Assembly: GCF_000014265.1 (NCBI RefSeq)
Contig: NC_008312.1
Location: 390,001-422,000 of the forward strand
DNA from: Trichodesmium erythraeum IMS101
GTDB taxonomy: Bacteria > Cyanobacteriota > Cyanobacteriia > Cyanobacteriales > Microcoleaceae
Length of the DNA stretch: 32,000 bases
Direction of reading: 5' to 3'
The translations under genes and the position numbers were made by a program. This document shows, one piece after another, positions 10,797 to 19,222 of the stretch. How positions within the stretch are numbered: position 1 is the first letter of the stretch; the number at the start of each line of letters is the position of its first letter. The notes under the pieces were generated by a model. The model worked only from the letters and a program-made list of their open reading frames with translations, was not told the origin of the DNA and made no database searches.

Positions 10797-11386
10797 TTTT
10801 GAAGTTAGAAGAAAGAAACTATAAACAAAGTAAGAATAGGTAAATAATATAACTTAGCTTTGGGGTAAGCAGGTTAATACTTGAGAATTACAGATTTTAT
10901 TAAACTGAAATCCAATCCTTGTAGAAACATCACTTTTATCAATAATTTTGTGGAGGTACCTATAAATACTTGAACAAAATTATTTACCCATTCTAATTTT
11001 CTAGAATTTTTAGAAGGCAAACAATTCAGCTTGTATAAATGTGTAATGAATTTTGTGTACCTACTTAATAGACATACAGCATATTTCGGGCAGATAAGGC
11101 ACAATCTAAATAGTAAAAATCATGTATTACTCGTATATTGCTTACATAGGTGTACCTCACCAGCCAAGGAAAGCGCTGTATCTCTAAATTACATAAAATT
11201 TCCTCTAGGCTACCTACAAAAGTAGCCAATAAAATGAATCACAGGCAGGTAGCAAAATATCTACTCTGCTGTATATATCCCTTTTTAGGGAATAGATTCT
11301 ATTTATAAATTAATATAAAATTATAAAAATTAAAAATATAATTTTTTAGGTATAATAACTAATAAATATAGAATAGGTGTGGTACT

Positions 11387-11554
11387 ATGGGAAAGACTAA
11401 GTCTAAATCTAACTTACCAACAAAAATATGTCCTGTATGTAACCGCCCTTTTAGCTGGCGAAAAAAATGGGCCAATTGTTGGGATGAAGTGAAATATTGT
11501 TCCGAAAGATGTCGGCGACATAAGTCATCTCCGTTATTAGCACCTCCTAATTAA
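11387..11554 (+). CDS. DUF2256-family small zinc-ribbon protein (55 aa)
   Basis: This ORF is too short for the supplied track. My translation is MGKTKSKSNLPTKICPVCNRPFSWRKKWANCWDEVKYCSERCRRHKSSPLLAPPN*. The CPVC-x-RPF-x-WRKKW...V-x-YCS-x-x-CR signature is the conserved DUF2256 core. It is co-oriented with the downstream peptidase gene. Confidence 0.7.
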   Translation: MGKTKSKSNLPTKICPVCNRPFSWRKKWANCWDEVKYCSERCRRHKSSPLLAPPN

Positions 11555-11697
11555 GTAGGAGGAAAGACGCCGAAATTTCCTTTTTTATCTCCTAGAAAAA
11601 AACAGGTAGAACTTATTTATTGGTCAAGATTGACAAAAAAACGAGACTTACTTAATATTATATCTCAACTAAGTTATTCTGTAGTTAATACAAGAAA

Positions 11698-12621
11698 ATG
11701 CAGCCAAAACTTATTATTCATGGTGGTGCTGGTAGTTCCCTTGACGAAAAAGGAGGATTAGAAATTGTTCGGAAATCTTTACATCGAATAGTAGATGAAT
11801 TATATAACCTACTTCTAGGTGATACCGCTGCTCTAGATATAGTTATACGTGGTTGCCAAATGTTAGAAGATGACCCAATTTTTAATGCTGGCACCGGTTC
11901 AGTGCTCCAATCTGATGGACAAATTCGGATGAGTGCTTCGCTGATGGATGGTTTAAATCATCGGTTTAGTGGGGTGATCAATGTCTCCAGGATTAAAAAT
12001 CCCATTGATTTAGCCAGAGCATTGCAAGAATCCCCTGATCGCGTATTATCAGATAGTGGGGCGGCTGAATTTGTGCGGGAATTACAAATGCCAGTTTACA
12101 ATCCTCTGACAGATAAACGATTAAATGAATGGCTTGAAGACCGCAAACAAAATTTTAATAGAAAAATGGCAAACGTGGTTACAGTATCTCCAGGTACTGG
12201 CACTATTGGTGTAGTAGCTTTGGATAAAGAGGGTAGATTAGCTGCAGGTACGTCTACTGGTGGGAAAGGTTTTGAAAAAATTGGTCGGGTTAGTGACTCG
12301 GCGATGCCTGCGGGAAATTATGCTACTGATAGTGCTGCAGTAAGTTGTACTGGTATTGGAGAAGATATTATTGATGAGTGTTTGGCTGCAAAAATTGTGA
12401 TTAGGGTAACGGATGGTTTTTCTATTAAGGCAGCTTTTGAGCGTTCATTTGCTGAGGCCCATGAACATAAAAGAGATTTGGGAGCTATCGGTATTGATGC
12501 TGGTGGTACAATTAACTGGGGAAAAACTTGCGATGTAATTTTAGCTGCTTTTCACGATGGGGAAAAAATTGGTGATAGTTTGGAAGCTGACAAGGGAAAA
12601 TCAACTTTTTCTGTTGAATAA
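11698..12621 (+). CDS. Isoaspartyl peptidase / L-asparaginase (plant-type asparaginase, Ntn hydrolase)
   Basis: 307-aa ORF. It has the N-terminal IHGGAG motif. The autoproteolytic/nucleophile site is GTGT|IGVVALD (Thr nucleophile). The conserved GRVSDS and GTGIGEDII blocks are present. Confidence 0.9.
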   Translation: MQPKLIIHGGAGSSLDEKGGLEIVRKSLHRIVDELYNLLLGDTAALDIVIRGCQMLEDDPIFNAGTGSVLQSDGQIRMSASLMDGLNHRFSGVINVSRIKNPIDLARALQESPDRVLSDSGAAEFVRELQMPVYNPLTDKRLNEWLEDRKQNFNRKMANVVTVSPGTGTIGVVALDKEGRLAAGTSTGGKGFEKIGRVSDSAMPAGNYATDSAAVSCTGIGEDIIDECLAAKIVIRVTDGFSIKAAFERSFAEAHEHKRDLGAIGIDAGGTINWGKTCDVILAAFHDGEKIGDSLEADKGKSTFSVE

Positions 12622-12623
12622 AG

Positions 12624-12670
12624 CCAGGGCTTACCCATCTAAACAAGGAGGTTTGTTCCCCTGGTTTTTT
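12624..12670 (+). terminator. Candidate intrinsic terminator of the isoaspartyl peptidase gene
   Basis: Three nt after the stop, CCAGGG (12624-12629) pairs with CCCTGG (12659-12664). These enclose an inner AAACAA-GGAGG-TTTGTT hairpin, and TTTTTT follows at 12665-12670. Confidence 0.45.
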
Positions 12671-12782
12671 ATTGTGATTCAAACCAATAAACTTCCTTGA
12701 TATATCCGTTTTCTGCATAAGTCCTAAAAACGCAATGTAGCCAAGATCAGAACCCCGTGCTACATTGTATTTCATATTCTAA

Positions 12783-13595
12783 TTAAGAAAGTATTTTAAT
12801 TTCAATCCAAACTCCTATTTTTTTAATATGAGGAATATATTCAATATTAAGCTTAGGAATACAACTTAAGCGATCGTCTTGAAGTACACCCGCACCATTT
12901 AATGTTAAAGCATCAAGACAAGCTCCTGCTAAATTATCTAAATCAGAATTAGTGCGATGTTTCCCACAAAAACTAATAGAAATAGCTGCTCTTTGAATTG
13001 GCAAACTTACCTCTAAATTAAGTTTAGAAACTTGACGGTAGATTTCTACTTCTGCCTGATTTCTCCAGATACGATACCGAGATGGTAAATAAGTACCATT
13101 AGCAGTAACTCGTGGACGTGCTTTAGGAACTATTTTCCCAGGAATATACAAATTAATTATTGTAGAACTTTTATATTCTTCAGACTTGGGAGGACAAGTG
13201 GTAAAATCATTAGTATTATCCAATGACGGAATATTTTTGTTAACTTCCTTCCCTAGCTTCTCTAGTAAATTATCTTTTGATTTAGAGGTAAAAAATTGCA
13301 TTTGGGATTTATCCTCAATAGCAGATAAATCAACTTTTCTGTAAGTATCTAATTGTCTCCGGAAACTAGGCCAACTTTTAGCTATTTGTAAATAAGTTTC
13401 TGTACAGTTTTCCGATAAATGGCAATTATTTTGTAGCCACGATTGCCATTCAGTAGGAGAAAATAAAGATTTAGTTTCTAATAATAATTGACCTAAAGAA
13501 TAAGCATAAGCTATAGAATTCTTATGGTAATCTTGGCATTTTTGATGTTTAAAATTAATATCTTCTATTAAGTATTGCCAGTTAATTAATACCAT
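12783..13595 (-). CDS. RusA-family crossover junction endodeoxyribonuclease fused to a DUF3102-like N-terminal domain
   Basis: 270-aa ORF. The C-terminal ~120 aa (PKARPRVTANGTYLPSRYRIWRNQAEVEI...SDLDNLAGACLDALTLNGAGVLQDDRLS) carries the RusA signature, including the DxDN and DD acidic residues. The N-terminal segment (AYAYSLGQLLLETKSLFSPTEWQSWLQNNCHLSENCTETYLQIAKSWP) fits the phage/plasmid DUF3102 pattern G-x-x-L...W-x-x-W-L...S-x-x-T-A-x-x-Y. Confidence 0.75.
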   Translation of the reverse strand: MVLINWQYLIEDINFKHQKCQDYHKNSIAYAYSLGQLLLETKSLFSPTEWQSWLQNNCHLSENCTETYLQIAKSWPSFRRQLDTYRKVDLSAIEDKSQMQFFTSKSKDNLLEKLGKEVNKNIPSLDNTNDFTTCPPKSEEYKSSTIINLYIPGKIVPKARPRVTANGTYLPSRYRIWRNQAEVEIYRQVSKLNLEVSLPIQRAAISISFCGKHRTNSDLDNLAGACLDALTLNGAGVLQDDRLSCIPKLNIEYIPHIKKIGVWIEIKILS

Positions 13596-14160
13596 TTTTG
13601 TATAAAATAAGTAAATATAAAAACGGAGAGAAATAATAAAAATATGGGTACAGAAAGTAAGTATTAGGGAAAAAGAGATACTCTGTTGAAATATAAAAAC
13701 ATTTTTGTTATAATTAAATAATCAGATACTATATAAATTATCAATAGGATATTATAGCATTTTTTATTATTCCAAAAAAACAGATATTTTTACTTAAAAT
13801 TACTGATGAGTCAGCCATTTTTTTTGATTAACATGATTAGAAATATTTAAAATACAAATTAAGGTAAAATTTTAATAGTAAATTATATATAACTTATTTC
13901 ATAATAAATAATGTATTAGAATATATTTATAGCTACAAAAAAAGAACAAAAATAATTCTTGGTATTACAGATAAAAAACTAAAAAAATTAATATAAAATG
14001 CTCAAAAATTTGAATAAAAAAAGACAGGTGAAAGCCAGTCAATAAAAAAGATTAATCAAGGTAAAAAGAGGTCAAAAACAGCTTAAAAGTCGAGGAATAA
14101 ATCACCCTAACTATATGCTATATAAGTCAAATTCCTACATTTACTCATACTAGAAATATC

Positions 14161-14470
14161 ATTTGATATCAGTGAGTTAACAGCAAATAATATTTTCAGG
14201 CTTTGGATAGATATACTACAAGAGTTATTGTCTCCCCACCCCCATCCCCTTGGTAGTAGGAGGGCAAGAGGGGTAGATAAAATTCCGAGAAAAAGAAGAG
14301 CAATATTTGTGGATACAATAAATTTTAATATAACAAGAATTAATTGTAGAAAGTACAGAACAAAGTATACATAAAACAGATAACTATGATAAACACAAAA
14401 AAATATTAGAGTTGTTGGAAATCAAGGGAAAAAAGTGCTTAAACCAAAGACGAGTCCAGGTTTAAGCGTG
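14161..14470 (+). mobile_element. Relic of a DDE_Tnp_4-type (IS5-superfamily) transposase
   Basis: Frames give FDISELTANNIFRLWIDILQELL (HTH end). A G/C-rich insert follows (CTCCCCACCCCCATCCCCTTGG...), then ELIVESTEQSIHKTDNYDKHKK...GKK. This fits the family pattern L-I-V-D-S-T-E-Q-x-I-x-R-P-x-x-Y-x-x-Q-K-K-x-Y-S-G-K-K-K. It is frameshifted and truncated. Confidence 0.45.
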
Positions 14471-14592
14471 CTTTTGAGATTTGAAATCCTGAAAAATTTA
14501 TAGAGTAAACTTTTGATGATGTTCAATTTTCCCACACCAAACAACTCTATTAATTAATTTTTACAACTATAATTCAGATAAATCTCATAAAT

Positions 14593-15453
14593 TTATCGGC
14601 GTCGTCTACTGTTCCGACGTGAAGGTGAGAACGACCCACCACTACCAAAACTACGAGGTTGTTGACGAGGTTTTGCTGTATCTGAACGACGCAGATCGCT
14701 GGCACTAACTCCACTCCCTGTAGAACGATTTGTATTTTGTTGCTGTTTAGGAGTTTTGGTGCTGCGAGTGGAATTAGTTACACCTGTTGAACGTAAAATT
14801 TGACGATTTTTCTCCGCCACTGGTGGAGCTTGATAACGTTCTTGATAACGGTTAACAGCTTGGTTGTAGTTGCTACCATATCCACCATAACCAGTCATTA
14901 CTCCACCCGGTTGATAAACTGGTGGTACATAATATTGAGGGGTGAACAACATACTACTAATAGCTCCACCAACTACTTGACCTGCTACTGCTCCTGCAAA
15001 AGGTGTCCAGAAGTTAGACTCACGGCGCACAATAACTGTTTCTTGTCTACCTGTTTGTGGGTTAGTTTGGGTTTCGGTTACGTTGTGTACATATTCAATT
15101 TTAAAATCTGGTTTAATATGTAAACTAGCTTGATTACCATTAATGTTAATATAATTAGTCTTGCCTTCCTGAATTTCTTCATCAGTTAAACTTGCCATTT
15201 GCAAATCTTTAGTGTTATAAATTGGGGGTTTACCAGGAGGAGTATTCAATAACATCAGGGAATATTCCCCATTGGCATCGTTATAGGTTGCTTGCTGTAC
15301 AGGATATTCTCCTTCAGTTACTTGGTTACGGTTTTGATTAGATGAGACATTGGGATTTGAGTTTTGAGATGAGCTAGTGTTGGAGCTGCCACAAGCGATG
15401 GTTGTCCAACATAATGTCAAGCATATAAACAAAACAGTTAATTTACGCAGCAT
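14593..15453 (-). CDS. Putative lipoprotein with Ser/Asn-rich linker, glycine-zipper hydrophobic segment and Arg/Ser-rich basic tail
   Basis: 286-aa ORF. It has a signal peptide plus lipobox (LTLCWTTIAC|GSS). A low-complexity SNQ linker follows. A glycine-zipper segment is present (FAGAVAGQVVGGAISSMLF). There is a Y/G/P-rich stretch, and the C-terminus ends SRRNSRRRR. No family was recognised. Confidence 0.7.
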   Translation of the reverse strand: MLRKLTVLFICLTLCWTTIACGSSNTSSSQNSNPNVSSNQNRNQVTEGEYPVQQATYNDANGEYSLMLLNTPPGKPPIYNTKDLQMASLTDEEIQEGKTNYININGNQASLHIKPDFKIEYVHNVTETQTNPQTGRQETVIVRRESNFWTPFAGAVAGQVVGGAISSMLFTPQYYVPPVYQPGGVMTGYGGYGSNYNQAVNRYQERYQAPPVAEKNRQILRSTGVTNSTRSTKTPKQQQNTNRSTGSGVSASDLRRSDTAKPRQQPRSFGSGGSFSPSRRNSRRRR

Positions 15454-15582
15454 ACAATTATATCTCCTAAAATAACTTTGAGTCAGTTATAGTTATTATT
15501 TTAGCTTGATTTGACTTTTGAAAACGGAGCGAAGCAAAATCTAGAATAGAGAACTATGAATTAAGAAGCGGTTTGTAAACAA

Positions 15583-15690
15583 TTATGAAGTATTAGTAGC
15601 GATCGCTAACCGTTTGAGCATTAAACGAATCATTGAAATATGAATGAAGGCTTCGCTGTTTTGAGGATGTTCTTCATAATCTTTAGAATG
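15583..15690 (-). mobile_element. C-terminal fragment of an IS5-family transposase
   Basis: Minus-strand translation gives HSKDYEEHPQNSEAFIHISMIRLMLKRLAIATNTS*. This fits the conserved IS5-family C-terminus (R-L-S-K-D-Y-E...S-E-A-x-I-x-I-x-M-I-R-L-M-L-K-R-L). It is cut off exactly where the IS1-like sequence begins. Confidence 0.5.
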
Positions 15691-16215
15691 TATGTTAATG
15701 CTATGGGCTTAAGAGGAATATCAAGAGTCAAAAAGCTACACCATACTACAATTATCAACTCAATTAAACAAGCAGGAAAACTATTACCACGTTCTTACTC
15801 TCCTCAAAAAACTCCTCAAGTAAGAGAGCTAGAAGAATTACAGACATAATTAGGCTCAAAAAAAACCAAATTTGGGTATGAACGGCAATAAATCATTTTA
15901 AAAAAGGAATTTTAGAATGGGTTATTGGAAATTGTAGTGGAAAAACATTTTATCCTTTATGGGAACAAGTTAAAAAATGGGAATGTTATTTTTAAGTCAC
16001 ATATGGATGGAAAGTATATGCCAAGGCCTATTAATGATAGGGATAAAATTATCAGCAAAACCTATATGACCATTGTAGTTGGAGAAAATACTAGACTTCG
16101 GCAATATCTTGCCAGATGACATCGAAGGACTCTTTGCTACTCAAAATAATTCCGAGAAGTTAAAGCATTCAATTCCCTTACTGATTCATTAAATATCAAT
16201 TTTGGGATGTTCTAG
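15691..16215 (+). mobile_element. IS1-family transposase pseudogene (N-terminally truncated, several stops/frameshifts)
   Basis: Concatenated frames read YVNAMGLRGISRVKKLHHTTIINSIKQAGKLLP...ELEELQT*LGSKKTKFGYERQ*IILKKEF*NGLLEIVVEKHF..LYGNKLKNGNVIFKSHMDGKYMPRPINDRDKIISKTYMTIVVGENTRLRQYLAR*HRRTLCYSK*. This is colinear with IS1 InsAB blocks (YVNGMGFR.I, GSKKNK.W, YFYVTDGWKVY, ISKTYMTRVEGENTRLRHYLARLHRKT.CYSK). Track ORFs 15640-15849 and 15925-16119 are pieces of it. Confidence 0.7.
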
Positions 16216-16399
16216 TTCCTTATAGATATTTACAGCGATCGCTATGAACTCAAATCATACCTTAATTCACCAAAGCCTTATTATTTAACAACTACATTGT
16301 TTAGTGAATTTATTCAATAAAAATTAACAAAATCTTACCTGCATTTATTCTCTGATTACTACTAGTACCAGGACTGAGATTAAAGATAGTATGTATGAG

Positions 16400-16843
16400 C
16401 TAAAAAACCAGGAAGTAGAATTGAGCTGAATTCACTAAGAAGATACGCGTTTATGTAATGTGCCTGGGTAAGTCTTAATCATATAAATCTATTATCATTG
16501 GTATAATTCAGTATTGATAAATAATTTTTGGGAAAGATTTAATAGCACCAATTATATTTAAAATAACCCTAAATGCCGTGGGATTTGAACAATGGTTAGA
16601 TAAACATTTATTACCATCATTAAAAATTCCCAATATACTAATTATGAGAATTAAGCAATTCATAGAAAAAAGGTTATTAGAGAATTAGTAGAAGCAGGGG
16701 GTAATCAATTACTATTTTTGCCAAAATACTCTCCTGATTTAAATAACTAAGAACATGATTTTAGTGCATTAAAAAGAGCTAGAATCTATTCACCTATCAA
16801 TACATCTCTTGATGAAATTCTTCGTAATTATTGTACCAAATAG
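16400..16843 (+). mobile_element. IS630-family transposase relic (C-terminal half)
   Basis: Frames give KSIIIGIIQY**IIFGKDLIAPIIFKITLNAVGFEQWLDKHLLPSLKIPNILIMRIKQFIEKRLLEN** and then ELVEAGGNQLLFLPKYSPDLNN*EHDFSALKRARIYSP...LRNYCTK*. The LLFLP-x-YSPDLN-x-x-E motif is diagnostic. The left boundary is approximate. Confidence 0.6.
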
Positions 16844-17440
16844 TGTCTCATTCTTATTCAAAATAACTATATTATTTAGATACTTCTCCACGTCCAATCT
16901 TATGTTGATTGACCCACTGCTCTATTACCATTACAGTGAGCCAAAATATCATACTCCCTCATTACTTTACAGCCCTTTTCAGATAAATAAACCACAATGA
17001 TATAACCAAGCAAAGCCATCATCTTCAGTAATTTCAGTGATCGCTTCTGTTAAATAGGGCTGGCTAGTTAACTTTCAAAAGACCTTTCCATAAAAGGTTA
17101 TCAAACCCTTGCCCCGCCATTCCCAAATCAGCGTTTTTCGAGATATCTAAAGTATTGACACAATTATGCTTTAGCCAAATTTTGCACAAGGCACGAAAAG
17201 TACCAGAAGTTTCATAGCTAAAGCTCATGTATGGATAAGATTTTGGGCATACCTAGGCCTAAAAAATCAGGGGACAATTCTTACTACACCAGACCTGATG
17301 ACCAAGCCATTTATCCGTACCTCAGTTCTGACCTGCTCAACCTGCTAATAAAACAACCCTCACCCCATTAGACAATAGATATGCTAACCCGAAATTTGGC
17401 TTTTGAGGTGCCTGTCACCCCGTGAGATAGTTAACTTATA

Positions 17441-17472
17441 AACAAAAGAGCCTGTATCTTTGATACAAGCTC
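17441..17472 (-). terminator. Intrinsic terminator downstream of rplL
   Basis: On the minus strand, GAGCTTGTATC-AAA-GATACAGGCTC forms an 11-bp stem with one G-U pair (17448-17472). TTTTGTT follows at 17441-17447, about 70 nt after the rplL stop. Confidence 0.65.
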
Positions 17473-17543
17473 TGACAAAAAAGTCTAGAAATATGATGTA
17501 ATTTTTAAGCAAATATTATTTACTAACATTTTCTCAAAGATAA

Positions 17544-17945
17544 CTATTTAATTTCTACCTTAGCTCCTGCTTCTTCTAATTGCTTCTTGATATCTTCAGC
17601 AGCTTCCTTGGCAATTCCTTCCTTAAGTGGCTTAGGTACAGACTCTACTAACTCTTTTGCTTCTTTCAAACCCAAGCCTGTAATACTACGGACTACTTTT
17701 AAGATAGCAATTTTCTTGTCTGAAGGAAATTCAGTAAGAATTGCATCAAACTCAGTTTGCTCTTCCTCTGGTTCCGCCGCTGCTGCACCAGGTGCTCCTG
17801 GCATAGCCATAGGCATCATCATACCACCAGCAGGAGCAGCAGCACTAACACCAAAAGCGTCTTCAATTTGTTTAACTAATTCCGATGCTTCTAGCAAAGA
17901 AAGTGACTTAAGTTGTTCAAGAATTTCGTCAGTTTTTGCAGACAT
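17544..17945 (-). CDS. rplL: 50S ribosomal protein L7/L12
   Basis: 133-aa ORF with the canonical N-terminal dimerisation helix, an Ala/Pro/Gly/Met hinge and the C-terminal domain ([24 protein letters not shown]...GAKVEIK). An AGGAG Shine-Dalgarno lies upstream. Confidence 0.97.
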   Translation of the reverse strand: MSAKTDEILEQLKSLSLLEASELVKQIEDAFGVSAAAPAGGMMMPMAMPGAPGAAAAEPEEEQTEFDAILTEFPSDKKIAILKVVRSITGLGLKEAKELVESVPKPLKEGIAKEAAEDIKKQLEEAGAKVEIK

Positions 17946-18164
17946 TATTAATCTCCTATGTATTATTAGTTTACAGTAGCTTTGTTGGTGATAATTTTGA
18001 CTATTTATGATCTGAACTAAGATCTAAAAATTGATAAAATATCAGTGAAAAAAATCATTTGATTTGTACAGCAGTCAAATATTAGGTGCAGATATTCATA
18101 AATCCTGAAACTGATCAGAGATTACTTTTGAATTTACCCCTTCTGACTTGCATGTAGGGCTATA

Positions 18165-18737
18165 TTAAGCAGCATCACCTTGTTGCTCTTTATCTGAGAT
18201 AGCTTTAATTGCTCTGTTTACAGAAGCTGGAACCTCATTAATACCAGTAGCAAGCTGGGTAGGTACAGCATCCAGACTAATAGCCAACTTAGTAGCTATA
18301 TTATTAATAGCACCAGCAACTTGAGCAAGTAACTCTTCCTTAGATGGCAGATCAGCGATCGCTTTCACTTGATCTTTATCCAGCAGTCGCCCTTCCATGA
18401 CGCCACCCTTAAACTCAGTTTTCTTGGTGGCTTTTTGGAAGTCTTGGTATGCTTTAATAGCACCACCAATATCATTTTTCAAAAATAGGAAAGCATTAGA
18501 ACCTGCAAGTAAGTCTTCCATAGGTTGCCAGTTGCTATCTTCTTTAACGGCAATTCCCATCAAAGTATTTTTAGCAATTGAACAAATACTACCTGTAGGT
18601 ATTAGTCGCCGACGCAGGTCTGTAATCTCAGCAACAGATAGTCCTTGATAATTAATCACCAAGGCTAGCTGACTTTCACTCAAGTTTTGCTTGATACCTG
18701 CTAACATTTCCTCTTTTTGTTTTTTACTTTTGCCCAT
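18165..18737 (-). CDS. rplJ: 50S ribosomal protein L10
   Basis: L10 sequence (LALVINYQGLSVAEITDLRRRL...). I placed the start at the ATG (MGKSKKQ) eight nt after AAGGAGG. The GTG used by the ORF track at 18746 overlaps that Shine-Dalgarno. Confidence 0.93.
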   Translation of the reverse strand: MGKSKKQKEEMLAGIKQNLSESQLALVINYQGLSVAEITDLRRRLIPTGSICSIAKNTLMGIAVKEDSNWQPMEDLLAGSNAFLFLKNDIGGAIKAYQDFQKATKKTEFKGGVMEGRLLDKDQVKAIADLPSKEELLAQVAGAINNIATKLAISLDAVPTQLATGINEVPASVNRAIKAISDKEQQGDAA

Positions 18738-19186
18738 CTTTATCACCTCCTTAACAAATTGACATTACATAAATGCAGGATAATTTTAATAGTTTTATAG
18801 AATGGACATCTTGCCTGCTAATTATATTTTCAGACGGGTATAGTCATGGACAAAGTCCTCAAGACATTTTTGCACCTCTCAAGTTTAGTCCGTGCTGGCA
18901 ATTTAACTCTTGATATTATGTCCGCTCATAAGATTAAGTAACAATTAGAAAAAAAGCTTTTGATTTTCTTCCACCAAAGTGTAAGTATTTAAAGAGGTAT
19001 AATACACCATTGGATTGGGCAAATGATGTACAAAGCGTGAATGGTAAAATCATACTAGTGAGAATATCTAGTCCGTAGGTGTATACCTCACGGGCAGCGG
19101 AAGTGCCATATTACTTCTGACATCTGACTTTAGCAAAAGGGATGCTTACTCCACTTATATTCACCCTACCTCTGAGCAATACCCAA

Positions 19187-19222
19187 ATCAAAAACCCTAG
19201 CAGATTTAGCTATCTGCCAGGG
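19187..19222 (-). terminator. Terminator-like hairpin inside the rplA-rplJ spacer
   Basis: On the minus strand, CCCTGGCAGAT-AGCTAA-ATCTGCTAGGG forms an 11-bp stem with one mismatch (19195-19222). TTTTTGAT follows directly at 19187-19194. It lies ~610 nt downstream of the rplA stop and ~450 nt upstream of the rplJ start. Confidence 0.5.

Noticed and set aside
10874-11225. Two mutually overlapping small ORFs (10874-11104 minus, 11031-11225 plus) upstream of the GT39-like gene
   Set aside because: They are AT-rich and Cys/Leu/Lys-biased, with no motif, no ribosome-binding site and a mutually exclusive overlap. I treated the region as intergenic/5' UTR. It hosts the shared ~80-nt motif instead.
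12512-12775. 87-aa minus-strand ORF overlapping the 3' end of the isoaspartyl peptidase gene
   Set aside because: It overlaps a strongly supported CDS and its terminator hairpin. It has no recognisable domain.
16850-17235. Possible IS200/IS605 TnpA-like or other transposase remnant on the minus strand (MSFSYETSGTFRALCKIWLKH...GQGFDNLLWKG...)
   Set aside because: Resemblance to any family is too weak to call by eye. It is kept only as an unclassified decayed sequence within the IS graveyard finding. Track ORF 16809-17000 on the opposite strand has no features.
17587-17979. Antisense or out-of-frame track ORFs inside well-supported genes: 17587-17979, 18397-18648, 21822-22091, 25879-26139, 27367-27594, 1365-1562, 2356-2556, 2934-3191, 14800-15123, 28480-28710, 28567-28899, 28891-29103
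   Set aside because: Each lies within or opposite a CDS with strong family-level evidence. The sequences are low-complexity mirror images, e.g. MPPMPP opposite the GroEL GGM tail. None has a recognisable motif.
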